Shown one piece after another: positions 1 through 8,724 of a stretch of DNA of 64,000 nt; position 1 is the stretch's first letter, and every line of letters begins with the position of its first letter. A program made the translations under genes and the position numbers. Origin of the DNA: Oscillibacter sp. (lineage in GTDB: Bacteria > Bacillota > Clostridia > Oscillospirales > Oscillospiraceae); contig NZ_JBEUWZ010000004.1 in NCBI RefSeq assembly GCF_040505565.1, positions 60,826-124,825 of the forward strand, in the 5' to 3' direction. Under the pieces are notes generated by a model, which made no database searches, was not told the DNA's origin, and saw only the letters and a program-made list of their open reading frames with translations.

Positions 1-28
1 ATACACGTGTATTTTAGCACATCGCTCT

Positions 29-48
29 GTCGAATTTTGTCGAATTTT
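29..48. repeat. Perfect tandem direct repeat gtcgaatttt x2 in the AT-rich window edge
   Basis: Read directly: gtcgaatttt occurs at 29-38 and again at 39-48. It lies inside a ~130-nt AT-rich non-coding stretch downstream of rnmV. Function unknown. Confidence 0.6.
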
Positions 49-173
49 AAGCAATATAAGTATTTTTGCAAGAAATTTAATTTCTTTATAGCAATTCATT
101 TGTTTAAAATGCACAAATAGTTTCATATGTGAAAGTGAAACACCTCTGCCCTTTCATCTCTTCCGCAAATCCG

Positions 174-767
174 TCAAGACTCGTCATTCAGCAGAGCCAG
201 CAGCTCCGCCTTGCCGTACAGTAGATTCAGCGCGTCCAGCATGGCGGAGGCGGACAGATGCTCCGGCAGAGCCAGCCGCCGCAGCAGCGCCCGGCGCTTT
301 TCCGCGCTGTCCGGCCCGCCGGTGAGACCCAGTTGATAGAGGTCGGCCTTTGTCAGCGGCTCCCGCACAGGCGCGGGGGCGTCCTCTCCCTCGAAGGTGG
401 CCCCGGCCCGCTCCAAAGCAGCGAGCAGCACCTCGGGGCGCATCCCCTCCACTCCCAGCTTTCCCTCTTTTCCAGCCTTGCGCTTGCGGCGCTCCTTGCC
501 GTAAAAATCCGGGATATACGCCTGCTTTACCTTGTCTTGCGGCAGCGCACCCTTGAGGTAATTTCGGATGACGAACCCCGCGCCGTCACTGTCCGTCAGG
601 ACGATCAGTCCCTGTTCCTCCGCCAGACGCCGCAGGAGGGACAATTTCTCCCGATCATTGAACACGGCAAAGCCGCCCACGGGGAACACAGCGGCGTCCA
701 CCGTCTGACGGAGGGTATTCTTGTCGTAGCGGCCCTCCACCACGATCACTTCCCGCACCTTTCTCAT
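174..767 (-). CDS. rnmV: Ribonuclease M5 (Toprim-domain 5S rRNA maturase)
   Basis: The N-terminus REVIVVEGRYDKNTL followed by LTDSDGAG is the Toprim signature of RnmV. The size (197 aa) fits. There is a 4-nt overlap with the upstream holA stop. Confidence 0.85.
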   Translation of the reverse strand: MRKVREVIVVEGRYDKNTLRQTVDAAVFPVGGFAVFNDREKLSLLRRLAEEQGLIVLTDSDGAGFVIRNYLKGALPQDKVKQAYIPDFYGKERRKRKAGKEGKLGVEGMRPEVLLAALERAGATFEGEDAPAPVREPLTKADLYQLGLTGGPDSAEKRRALLRRLALPEHLSASAMLDALNLLYGKAELLALLNDES

Positions 768-1819
768 TTACGCTGCGCCCCCAGGCGCACCAGTAACAGC
801 TTCAGCTCACCGGCGCTGTCCACGCCCTTTTCGCTCTTCATCCGCCGGTCCAGGACCTGGCACTGCTTCACCGCTGCGGCGCACCAGGGCGCTGTGGTCT
901 TTTTTGCGGCGGACAGCAGCATCCGCACCGGATAGTCCGACTTGTAGCCCCACAGACTCATCAGCCAGTATTTGTCCTTTCCGCTGTCGATGGAGAGCCG
1001 GGCGGTGTAAATGCGGCGGAGCTGCGCCCCCAACATTCCAAGAATCAGGATCGGCTCCGTCTGCATTTTCAAAAGGTCGCCCAAAATCCGCGCTGCCTCG
1101 TCATAGTTCCCCGCCAGAACTGCGTCGGACAGCTTGAACACCTCCGCCGACAGCACCGGGTCCGCCACCGCGTCGATGTCCTTCTCGGTGACGGTCTTTC
1201 CTTTTGCATAGGCGCCGATCTTTGCGATCTCCGGCACCAGTCCGGTCATCAGCGGGCCGCAGAGAAACGTGAGGTACTCCGCCGTCTGTCGGTCGATCTC
1301 CTTTCCCAAAGCCCGGAACCGTCGGGCGATCCAGGCAATCAGATCGCTGCTCTCCGCCGGACGGAATTCCACCGCCTGCGCATGGCTTGAGAGAACCCCG
1401 CACAGCTTTTTCATCGTTTTGTTGGGCTTGTAGGTCAGAGTATCGTAAGAAAAGACGATGCAGCAATACTCCGGCACATCCTCCAAAAATGCAGTAAGCT
1501 TTTCCCGCTGGTCATCCCCCAGCTTGAAGAGGTCGAAATCACTGACCAGAATCAGCGTCCGCTCCGTCATCATCGGCATGGCCTCTGCCATCTCGGAGAG
1601 CGTCTGGACCGTCAGGTCCTTTCCCTCCAGCCGGTGATAATTGAACTCCTCAAATTCCTTGGGGATCAGCTGCTTACGCAGTTCGCCCAGATAGTATTCC
1701 CGGAGGTATGCCTCTTCTCCGTAAAAAATGTAGACGCTGCCGAGAGTCCCGGCGGCGATGTCCGCTTTCAGTCTTTGAAACGCTGTGTTTTCTTTTGGCT
1801 TAACCGCTTCACGTGCCAT
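764..1819 (-). CDS. holA: DNA polymerase III delta subunit
   Basis: 351 aa. The N-terminus (YIFYGEEAYL) and overall layout resemble HolA. It lies directly downstream of comEC, as in the Bacillus comEC-holA synteny. Confidence 0.85.
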   Translation of the reverse strand: MAREAVKPKENTAFQRLKADIAAGTLGSVYIFYGEEAYLREYYLGELRKQLIPKEFEEFNYHRLEGKDLTVQTLSEMAEAMPMMTERTLILVSDFDLFKLGDDQREKLTAFLEDVPEYCCIVFSYDTLTYKPNKTMKKLCGVLSSHAQAVEFRPAESSDLIAWIARRFRALGKEIDRQTAEYLTFLCGPLMTGLVPEIAKIGAYAKGKTVTEKDIDAVADPVLSAEVFKLSDAVLAGNYDEAARILGDLLKMQTEPILILGMLGAQLRRIYTARLSIDSGKDKYWLMSLWGYKSDYPVRMLLSAAKKTTAPWCAAAVKQCQVLDRRMKSEKGVDSAGELKLLLVRLGAQRK

Positions 1820-1828
1820 GTTGACCTC

Positions 1829-4084
1829 TCACTTTACAAAAATGTGGATATTGCCCTGCTTGTCCGTCCGATAGACGGTGACGCCCGCCTGCACCAATCG
1901 CCGCAAGGCCTCCTCCGATGGATGGCCGTAGCTGTTTCGGCCCACGCTGACGATGCCTATTTCCGGTTTTACCGCGTCCAGCAGCTCTTCGCAGGTGGAA
2001 TATTTGGAGCCGTGGTGTCCCACGATCAGCGCCTCGATGTCCGGCAGAGGATAGGCGGAAATCAGTTTTTCCTCCGTCTTTGCGTCCATGTCGCCGGTGA
2101 TCAGCAGGTCGAAGTCGCCGTCGGAGCAGAGCAGTGACAGGCCGTGGTCGTTGTCGTTATCGCCGCCAAGAGGCGGATAGATCGTCAAGACGCTGTTCCC
2201 TAGCGCCCACGACTCCTCTTCCGTGACGAACTCCACATCCGCGCCGTGGTTCGCCGCCGTTTCCATCACCCAGCTTCTGAGATTCGCGTCGTCCCAATAG
2301 TCCGGGGCCATCAGAGTCTTTACCCGCAGCCGGTCCATCAGGCCCGCCACGCCGGAGATGTGGTCGTAATCGTAGTGGCTTAGCACCAGATAGTCAAGCT
2401 CCTTGCAGCCCATGGTCAAAAGCTGGTCCGCGGTGTCGCTGCCCGCGCCCAGCCAGCTGTTTCCGGAGCCGCAGTCCATCAGTGCAAACTGCCCGCCGGA
2501 CGCCATAATGGTGCCGGCTCCCTGCCCCACGTCCACCGCCACGATATCCAGTGCGCCCCGGGCGTAATAGAGACGCCCCAGCTTCACCGTCGCCGCCAGA
2601 GACAGCGCCGCCAGAACCGCCGCCACCGCATATTTGCGGCGGGCCTTGGGTTTGCAGAAATACGCCGTGCCGAACAGAATGTAGAAGTACACAAGCCAGT
2701 ATTTCAAAAACGGATTTGTGTAATACAGCGCGTGATACGGAATCTTCGCCAGAGTATGGACCGTCAGCAGCACGTAAGCAATCAGCCCCCTTGGGACCAG
2801 CGCCGCAACAAAAGCCAGCGGCATCCAAATAAACCCCAGCAGGACGGAAATCAGCCCCACCGCGAAGATCAGGCTCACCGCCCACAGGCACAGCAGGTTG
2901 GATACAGGCGAAACCAGCACCAGAAAGCCGAAGTAATACGCCGTCAGCGGCAGCGTAAACACCAGCGCGCCGCAAGTGGCGGAAAAGCTGGTGGAGACCG
3001 CGCGAAACACCCTGCCCCGCTCCTTTTTGCCCCTCAGGACGCGGTCCAGCTTCGGCGTCAGCCACAGCATCCCGGCCACCGCGCCAAAGGACAGCTGAAG
3101 GCTGATAGACGCAGCGGCAAACGGGTTTTGCAGCAAAATCAGTAGCAGCGCGAAGCTCAGGGCCGTGGGCGGGTCTCCCTCCCGCCGCATGGCGGGTGCG
3201 ATCAGCACCAGCGACAGCATCACGCAGGCGCGGACCACGGATGGCCGCGCCCCGGTGAGCAGCGCGTAGAAAATCAGCACCGGAATGGCGGTGCATGCCG
3301 CCGTCCGGCGGCGTTTCTTCCCCACCAAAGCCAGTACCAGCAGCATTAAAAAGGAGCAATGCAGACCGGAGACGGCCATGATGTGATAAATTCCCGCCTC
3401 GCTGAGATCCGTCCCTGCCGAATCGCTCAGCAGCGTCTTGTCGCCGGTGAGAATGGCGGTCATAAACCCCGCCGTCTCGCCGGGATACAGCTCCAGAATC
3501 TTTTCCTGCATGGCGTGTCCCAGCCGGACGGGCCACCACCGGAGTGAGGACGCGCCCAAATCGCCGTAAGTCGCCTCTCCTCCACCGTATGCCAGCAGGA
3601 AGACACCCCGGGACGTGAACGTGGTCACCTCGTCGTCCTGAATTCTTGCCGCGCTTTTCAGGTGGACGTCATCCGTCACCGTACACCCAGGGGTCAACTC
3701 CAGTAGCGCCGCGTCCCCATAGTAGACGGCCCTCACCCCTCGAAGGCCTGGAAGCTCCGGGCGCACGGTGACCTTCGCGCCGTAGTCCGTCGCCGTCGGA
3801 TAATCCAGCAAAACCATGGTCACGCCCGCTGAATCGGTTTCCGCCAGCGCCTCCGCCGGAGTCTGGACAAAAAGGGTAAATGCCCAGTCATACCCCAATG
3901 CTACGGATAGCGCCGTGCAGATCAAAACCACCCGATACCGCGTCGGTTCCCGCAGGAAAAGCGCCAGCGTTCCCAGTCCCAGCGCCGCTGCCGAGCCGGG
4001 CAGCAGCCACCGCGACGGAAGCAGATATTGCGCCAGAAAGATGCCCGCTGCAAAGGAGAGCGCCCATGTCGCCAATTTTCTCAT
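1829..4084 (-). CDS. comEC: DNA internalisation competence protein ComEC/Rec2 with C-terminal metallo-beta-lactamase domain
   Basis: Polytopic membrane core plus a C-terminal MBL motif (LVLSHYDYDHISG ... GHHGS). I moved the start to the internal ATG (MRKLATWALS) because it overlaps the XRE stop as ATGA. The track start at 4174 would run through the XRE gene. Confidence 0.9.
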   Translation of the reverse strand: MRKLATWALSFAAGIFLAQYLLPSRWLLPGSAAALGLGTLALFLREPTRYRVVLICTALSVALGYDWAFTLFVQTPAEALAETDSAGVTMVLLDYPTATDYGAKVTVRPELPGLRGVRAVYYGDAALLELTPGCTVTDDVHLKSAARIQDDEVTTFTSRGVFLLAYGGGEATYGDLGASSLRWWPVRLGHAMQEKILELYPGETAGFMTAILTGDKTLLSDSAGTDLSEAGIYHIMAVSGLHCSFLMLLVLALVGKKRRRTAACTAIPVLIFYALLTGARPSVVRACVMLSLVLIAPAMRREGDPPTALSFALLLILLQNPFAAASISLQLSFGAVAGMLWLTPKLDRVLRGKKERGRVFRAVSTSFSATCGALVFTLPLTAYYFGFLVLVSPVSNLLCLWAVSLIFAVGLISVLLGFIWMPLAFVAALVPRGLIAYVLLTVHTLAKIPYHALYYTNPFLKYWLVYFYILFGTAYFCKPKARRKYAVAAVLAALSLAATVKLGRLYYARGALDIVAVDVGQGAGTIMASGGQFALMDCGSGNSWLGAGSDTADQLLTMGCKELDYLVLSHYDYDHISGVAGLMDRLRVKTLMAPDYWDDANLRSWVMETAANHGADVEFVTEEESWALGNSVLTIYPPLGGDNDNDHGLSLLCSDGDFDLLITGDMDAKTEEKLISAYPLPDIEALIVGHHGSKYSTCEELLDAVKPEIGIVSVGRNSYGHPSEEALRRLVQAGVTVYRTDKQGNIHIFVK

Positions 4085-4302
4085 TTTTTTGTCGGAGGCG
4101 CGGGGTCGATGGTCCTGCCCAGCAGGTAGTCCGTACTGGTATTGTAAAGGTCCGCCAGCTTGACCACGGCCCATACGGGGATTTCTCGCTCGCCGTTCTC
4201 ATACCGCCGATAGACGCTGCGGTGCATATTCAGGTAATCCGCTACCTGCTGCTGCGTATGATCCCTGTCTTCACGTAAATCCCGGATTCTCTTAAATTCC
4301 AC
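4081..4302 (-). CDS. XRE-family helix-turn-helix transcriptional regulator (73 aa)
   Basis: The HTH_3 pattern is present: RIRDLREDRDHTQQQVADYLNMHRSVYRRYENGEREIPVWAVVKLADLY. The start is GTG, with AGGGGATGG about 10 nt upstream. The stop overlaps the comEC ATG. Confidence 0.8.
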   Translation of the reverse strand: MEFKRIRDLREDRDHTQQQVADYLNMHRSVYRRYENGEREIPVWAVVKLADLYNTSTDYLLGRTIDPAPPTKK

Positions 4303-4407
4303 ACCACATCACCATCCCCTAAAAAGCTACCAAACGGAAACATTTTTACCTTGTATTGTGCTCGTTCGGAGCCATTTCATGCCACAGTAATCTTATAGGA
4401 TCACGCC

Positions 4408-5496
4408 TTATGATACCGTCATGACACCGGTCTTGGAGCTGATGATGCACACATAGCTGTTACCCTGCCCCAGATTCAGCGGGATGTTGCCCATGGTGGT
4501 GTAGACGAAGGGGCTGTTTCGTCCCAAACGGCTCCAGTGGATGGGAATGCTTTTCCCGCCGCAGAAATACGCGCCGTCCCCCTTGCCAATGGTCTTTACC
4601 GTCAGGCGTCCGTAAGTATCCCCCGAAATCACGGAGATGTCGGTTTCCAGCACCAGCAGGTTCGTAATTCCTACCTGCTCACCTGTGTTGCCGTCCACAT
4701 ATTCCTTGCCGTACTGCCCCACCAGATACTTGCCGCTGGCGGCGTCGTAGTCAAAGGTCCCGGTCTTGTACTGGGAGAATTTTACGGAGACATGCTCCGC
4801 CGTCTCGCCGTTTGGCGGCGTGCCGTCCTCCACGAACTTCTGGCCGTAGATATAATTGGACTTGTGCTCCGTGCGGAAATGGCCCGCTGTCAGATAGCCG
4901 AGGATGTTTTCGCCGGAGGTCAGCATGCTGTGCTCGTAGCCCATGGTCTTCCGCCGATCCGCATCCCGCCAGAAAATTTTAGCATCAGACCCGCCGTTGA
5001 CCCCGTCCATATTGTCCACGCCCCATGCGGCGATGTCGGAATAGGCATCCGGGCTGCCCCCGGCGTGGACGTACAGCGCATCGTGCCCCAGGGCCAGCTC
5101 TATGTAATAGGGGCGGCTGGAGCGGATACTGCCCAGTGTCCCGACGCTTTCCCCCTCCAGCGTCTGATAGAGCGCCATCATGCGGGTAATGCCGCCCTCG
5201 GCGGGGACTTCGTAGATAATATCCGCCAAGGAGGTTCCCAACTGGGGCTGGGCGGCCTTCAAATTGTTCAGCATTACCGCCACGGGCCGAAGATTCTCAT
5301 ACTCCGGCTCCATGGGAAGCCCTGTCAGCGGATTCGTGCCGGAGGGGACGTAGGGCTCCGGCTCCTCTACGACTGCCGGCGCAAAGGCGGATACCGCCGA
5401 GGCCGACGAGGATGCCGCCGACTCTTCCGCCTTGCCGCAGGCGGAAAGGGTGAGCAGTATCAGGGCCGCACACAGGAGGGAGAAGATTCGTTTCAT
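4408..5496 (-). CDS. DUF3048-family (YerB-like) lipoprotein
   Basis: Lipoprotein signal MKRIFSLLCAALILLTLSACGK with a lipobox. The body has the motif PVAVMLNN...PQ.G...ADIIYE...EGGITR, which I recall from DUF3048. The start was trimmed to the signal-peptide Met. Confidence 0.75.
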   Translation of the reverse strand: MKRIFSLLCAALILLTLSACGKAEESAASSSASAVSAFAPAVVEEPEPYVPSGTNPLTGLPMEPEYENLRPVAVMLNNLKAAQPQLGTSLADIIYEVPAEGGITRMMALYQTLEGESVGTLGSIRSSRPYYIELALGHDALYVHAGGSPDAYSDIAAWGVDNMDGVNGGSDAKIFWRDADRRKTMGYEHSMLTSGENILGYLTAGHFRTEHKSNYIYGQKFVEDGTPPNGETAEHVSVKFSQYKTGTFDYDAASGKYLVGQYGKEYVDGNTGEQVGITNLLVLETDISVISGDTYGRLTVKTIGKGDGAYFCGGKSIPIHWSRLGRNSPFVYTTMGNIPLNLGQGNSYVCIISSKTGVMTVS

Positions 5497-5641
5497 AGAC
5501 GCGCCGCCTTTCGTTTTCTTCTCTCCTATCATCCCACCCCGGTCCCTCTCCGTCAAGTCATTTTACATTTTTCCCCTATACAAATCGGAAAAAGGCGGTT
5601 ATAATCAAAGTAAAGTACGTATGCGCAAAGGAGGCGGTTGC

Positions 5642-6190
5642 ATGGCCGGACATGGGTTTATCCATGATCAATTGGAAATCAAATTTTTGATTTTGTACAT
5701 CGCCGCGCGCGTCATTCAGCCGGTGCCTTTCGATACCATGCTGGAACTGACGCTGTGCGACGACGCCATAGACTATTTCGACTTTTCAGACTGCCTCGCA
5801 GACCTTGTAAAGACAGAACACTTAACATTGTCCGAGGACGGTTTATACGCCATTACCGAAAAGGGACAACGAAACAGCGAAATCTGCGAATCCAATCTCC
5901 CCTACTCCGTCCGTCAGCGGTGCGACAAGAACTTGGCGGACTGCAACCGCCGTCTGCGGCGCAAAAGCCAGGTTCAGGCTTCTTCCGTCCAGCGGCCCAA
6001 CGGGACGTGGACGGTGTCCCTCTCTCTCTCCGACGACATGGGCAGCGTGATGGACCTGAATCTGATGATGGTGCAGGAGGACATGGCCCGGGCCGTTGAA
6101 AAGCGCTTTCGCCAGAGTCCCGAGCGGCTGTACAGCCAGATCGTGGACCTGCTTCTCTCCGACGGACAGGACGAAAAGAGCGAAAAATAA
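5642..6190 (+). CDS. DUF4364-family protein
   Basis: The start MAGHGFIHDQLEIKFLILY is preceded by the RBS aaaggaggcgg. The family assignment is from memory of DUF4364 N-terminal conservation. The track ORF begins far upstream and has no RBS there. Confidence 0.6.
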   Translation: MAGHGFIHDQLEIKFLILYIAARVIQPVPFDTMLELTLCDDAIDYFDFSDCLADLVKTEHLTLSEDGLYAITEKGQRNSEICESNLPYSVRQRCDKNLADCNRRLRRKSQVQASSVQRPNGTWTVSLSLSDDMGSVMDLNLMMVQEDMARAVEKRFRQSPERLYSQIVDLLLSDGQDEKSEK

Positions 6191-6214
6191 ACCAAAATGA
6201 GAAAGAGGGATTTC

Positions 6215-7240
6215 ATGTACAGCTTCCGCAACGACTACAGCGAGGGCTCACATCCCGCAGTTTTGAAGGCCCTGACCGACACAAATTTGGAACAGACCTG
6301 CGGGTACGGTCTGGACCCCCGCTGTGCCGAGGCGTCCGACCTAATCCGCCGCCAGTGCGCCGCGCCGGATGCCGACGTGCATTTCGTCGTGGGCGGCACC
6401 CAGGCAAACCTGCTGATCATCCACGCGCTGCTGCGCTCCTTTGAGTCCGTGGTGGCCGCCGACACCGGCCACGTCAATACCCACGAGACCGGGGCCATTG
6501 AAGCCACCGGCCACAAGGTCTGTTCCGTCCCCTCGCCCGACGGGAAGCTTACCCCCGCTCTGATCGGGGCGGTTCTCGACCGGCACGACGGCTCGGAGCA
6601 TATGGTCCATCCCAGGCTGGTCTATATCTCCGATACCACGGAGGTGGGCACCGTCTACACGAAAGCGGAGCTGTCTGCCCTGTATGATTTTTGCCGGAAT
6701 CAGGACCTGTATTTGTTTTTGGACGGCGCGCGTCTCGGCTCCGCGCTGACGGCGGAGGACAGCGACCTGACGCTTCCGGACCTGGCGGCATTGACCGACG
6801 TATTTACCATCGGCGGCACGAAAAACGGCGCGCTGTTCGGCGAAGCCGTCGTTCTCAGCGCCGGATGCGGCAGGGCGGATTTTCGGGCTTACATGAAGCA
6901 GCGGGGAGCCATGCTGGCGAAGGGACGGCTGCTGGGCCTTCAGTTCTCCGCGCTGCTGGAAGACGGGCTGTATTTCGACATCGCCCGCCATGCCAACGAA
7001 ATGGCGCAGCTCCTGCGCAAGGGCATCGCAGAATTGGGATACAGCTTTGCCTCCGATTCCCCCAGCAACCAGATATTCCCCATTTTCCCGGATGCGGTGG
7101 CGAAAAAGCTGGAGTGCTGCTATGAATTTGAAGTAAACGGCCCCACCGGGGACGGCTGTACCTGCATCCGGCTGGTCACCAGCTGGGCCACGCCGCGCAG
7201 CGCAGTGGAGCAGTTTCTGAAAGATCTTGCGGCGGTATGA
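6215..7240 (+). CDS. Low-specificity threonine aldolase / beta-eliminating lyase family PLP enzyme
   Basis: YSFRNDYSEGSHPAVLKAL ... GGTQANL ... TIGGTKNGA matches the fold-type I threonine-aldolase family. The RBS agaggga lies 5-6 nt upstream of the ATG at 6215. Confidence 0.75.
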   Translation: MYSFRNDYSEGSHPAVLKALTDTNLEQTCGYGLDPRCAEASDLIRRQCAAPDADVHFVVGGTQANLLIIHALLRSFESVVAADTGHVNTHETGAIEATGHKVCSVPSPDGKLTPALIGAVLDRHDGSEHMVHPRLVYISDTTEVGTVYTKAELSALYDFCRNQDLYLFLDGARLGSALTAEDSDLTLPDLAALTDVFTIGGTKNGALFGEAVVLSAGCGRADFRAYMKQRGAMLAKGRLLGLQFSALLEDGLYFDIARHANEMAQLLRKGIAELGYSFASDSPSNQIFPIFPDAVAKKLECCYEFEVNGPTGDGCTCIRLVTSWATPRSAVEQFLKDLAAV

Positions 7241-7317
7241 CTGCCGCCCTAAGTGCGATAAAAACGACCCGTCGACGCAATGCGCCGGCGGGCCGCTTTT
7301 TGTTTTAAGTCAAAAGC

Positions 7318-8724
7318 TCAGTTTTTCGCCTGAAACACCGCCGTCATGCCCTTATAGGTCTCGTAGCAGTCCAGCTTTGCCACCGTTTCAAACGGTGAGT
7401 GCATACTCAGCACCGGAACTCCCGCGTCCAGTGTGGTAATGTTCCGATTGGCCATATACGCGGCCACCGTCCCGCCGCCGCCGGCGTCCACCTTGCCCAG
7501 CTCCGCGATCTGCCAGAGAACGTTCGCCTCGTCGAAGAGGCCGCGCACATAGGCCACAGTCTCCGCGTCGGCATCGGATGCGCCGGATTTTCCTCTGGCT
7601 CCGGTATACTTGCAAAGGCCCACACCGTAGTTGAGCCAAGCTGCGTTTCGCTTGTCAAACACATCAGAAAAGACAGGGTCGAACGCCGCGGTAACGTCCG
7701 CGCTGAGGCAGAAGGATTTCTCCAGACACACCCGCACGGGAACGCCCTGCGTTTCACACAGGTCCTCCATAAAGGTGTCGAACGCGGCGGACTGCAAGCC
7801 CGTCACTCCTTCCGACCCAATTTCCTCTTTGTCCGCCAGAATGCAGACAGCGGTTTTCTCCGGCGTCTTCTTTAAATCCAAAAGCGCACGGAACGCCGCG
7901 TAGGCACACACCCGGTCGTCGTGGCCGTAAGCGCCGATCATGCTGCGGTCCAGCCCGATATCACAGGCCATGGCGGCTGGAACAGCCTCCAGCTCTGCGG
8001 AGGTGAGATCGTCCTCTACAATGCCGTATTTCTCGTTCATCAGCTGCATCACCGCCAGCTTTACTCGATCGCTGCCCTCGCCCTCCAGAGGGCGGCTTCC
8101 CAGCAGAAGGTTCAGCGACTCGCCGAGAACAGCCTCGCCCAGAGGTTTTTTATTTTGCTCTGTGCCCAGATGGGGCAGAAGGTCTGTGATGACCAGCTTG
8201 GGGTCGCCCTCATCCGCGCCGATGCTGACGGGGATAGTCTCACCATTTTTCAGCGCAACCACGCCGTGGAGCTCCATAGGGACAGTAACCCACTGGTACT
8301 TGCGGATGCCGCCGTAATAGTGGGTCTTGAAGTAGCACAGCTCGCTGTCCTCATACAGCGGGTTGGGCTTCAGGTCCAGCCGGGGCGAGTCGATGTGAGC
8401 AGCGGCGATCTGCGTGCCCTCGCTGAGAGACTTGTTCCCGATGCAGGCAAGATACACGCTCTTCCCCCGGTTGCGGAAGTACAGCTTGTCCCCCGCTTTC
8501 AGCTTCATGCCGCGGGCAAAGGGCTTGAATCCAGCCTTTTCCGCCAGCCGCACCAGCTCCGCCGCGCATTCCCGCTCGGTCTTGCTCACATCTAAAAACG
8601 CCTTGTAGTCCGTACAATAGGACTCCATGGACTTCTCTTCTTTTACATCAAATTTATCGTAGCCGTTTTTCTTGCCGGAGAGCAACTTTTCCCGCAGCTC
8701 TTTCATCTTTTTATCCTCTGCCAT
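7318..8724 (-). CDS. M18-family aminopeptidase
   Basis: 468 aa. Motifs AAHIDSPRLDLKPNP, GAYGHDDRVC and SMHSPFE are typical of M18 aspartyl/aminopeptidases. The RBS aaggagg lies 9 nt upstream. Confidence 0.85.
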   Translation of the reverse strand: MAEDKKMKELREKLLSGKKNGYDKFDVKEEKSMESYCTDYKAFLDVSKTERECAAELVRLAEKAGFKPFARGMKLKAGDKLYFRNRGKSVYLACIGNKSLSEGTQIAAAHIDSPRLDLKPNPLYEDSELCYFKTHYYGGIRKYQWVTVPMELHGVVALKNGETIPVSIGADEGDPKLVITDLLPHLGTEQNKKPLGEAVLGESLNLLLGSRPLEGEGSDRVKLAVMQLMNEKYGIVEDDLTSAELEAVPAAMACDIGLDRSMIGAYGHDDRVCAYAAFRALLDLKKTPEKTAVCILADKEEIGSEGVTGLQSAAFDTFMEDLCETQGVPVRVCLEKSFCLSADVTAAFDPVFSDVFDKRNAAWLNYGVGLCKYTGARGKSGASDADAETVAYVRGLFDEANVLWQIAELGKVDAGGGGTVAAYMANRNITTLDAGVPVLSMHSPFETVAKLDCYETYKGMTAVFQAKN

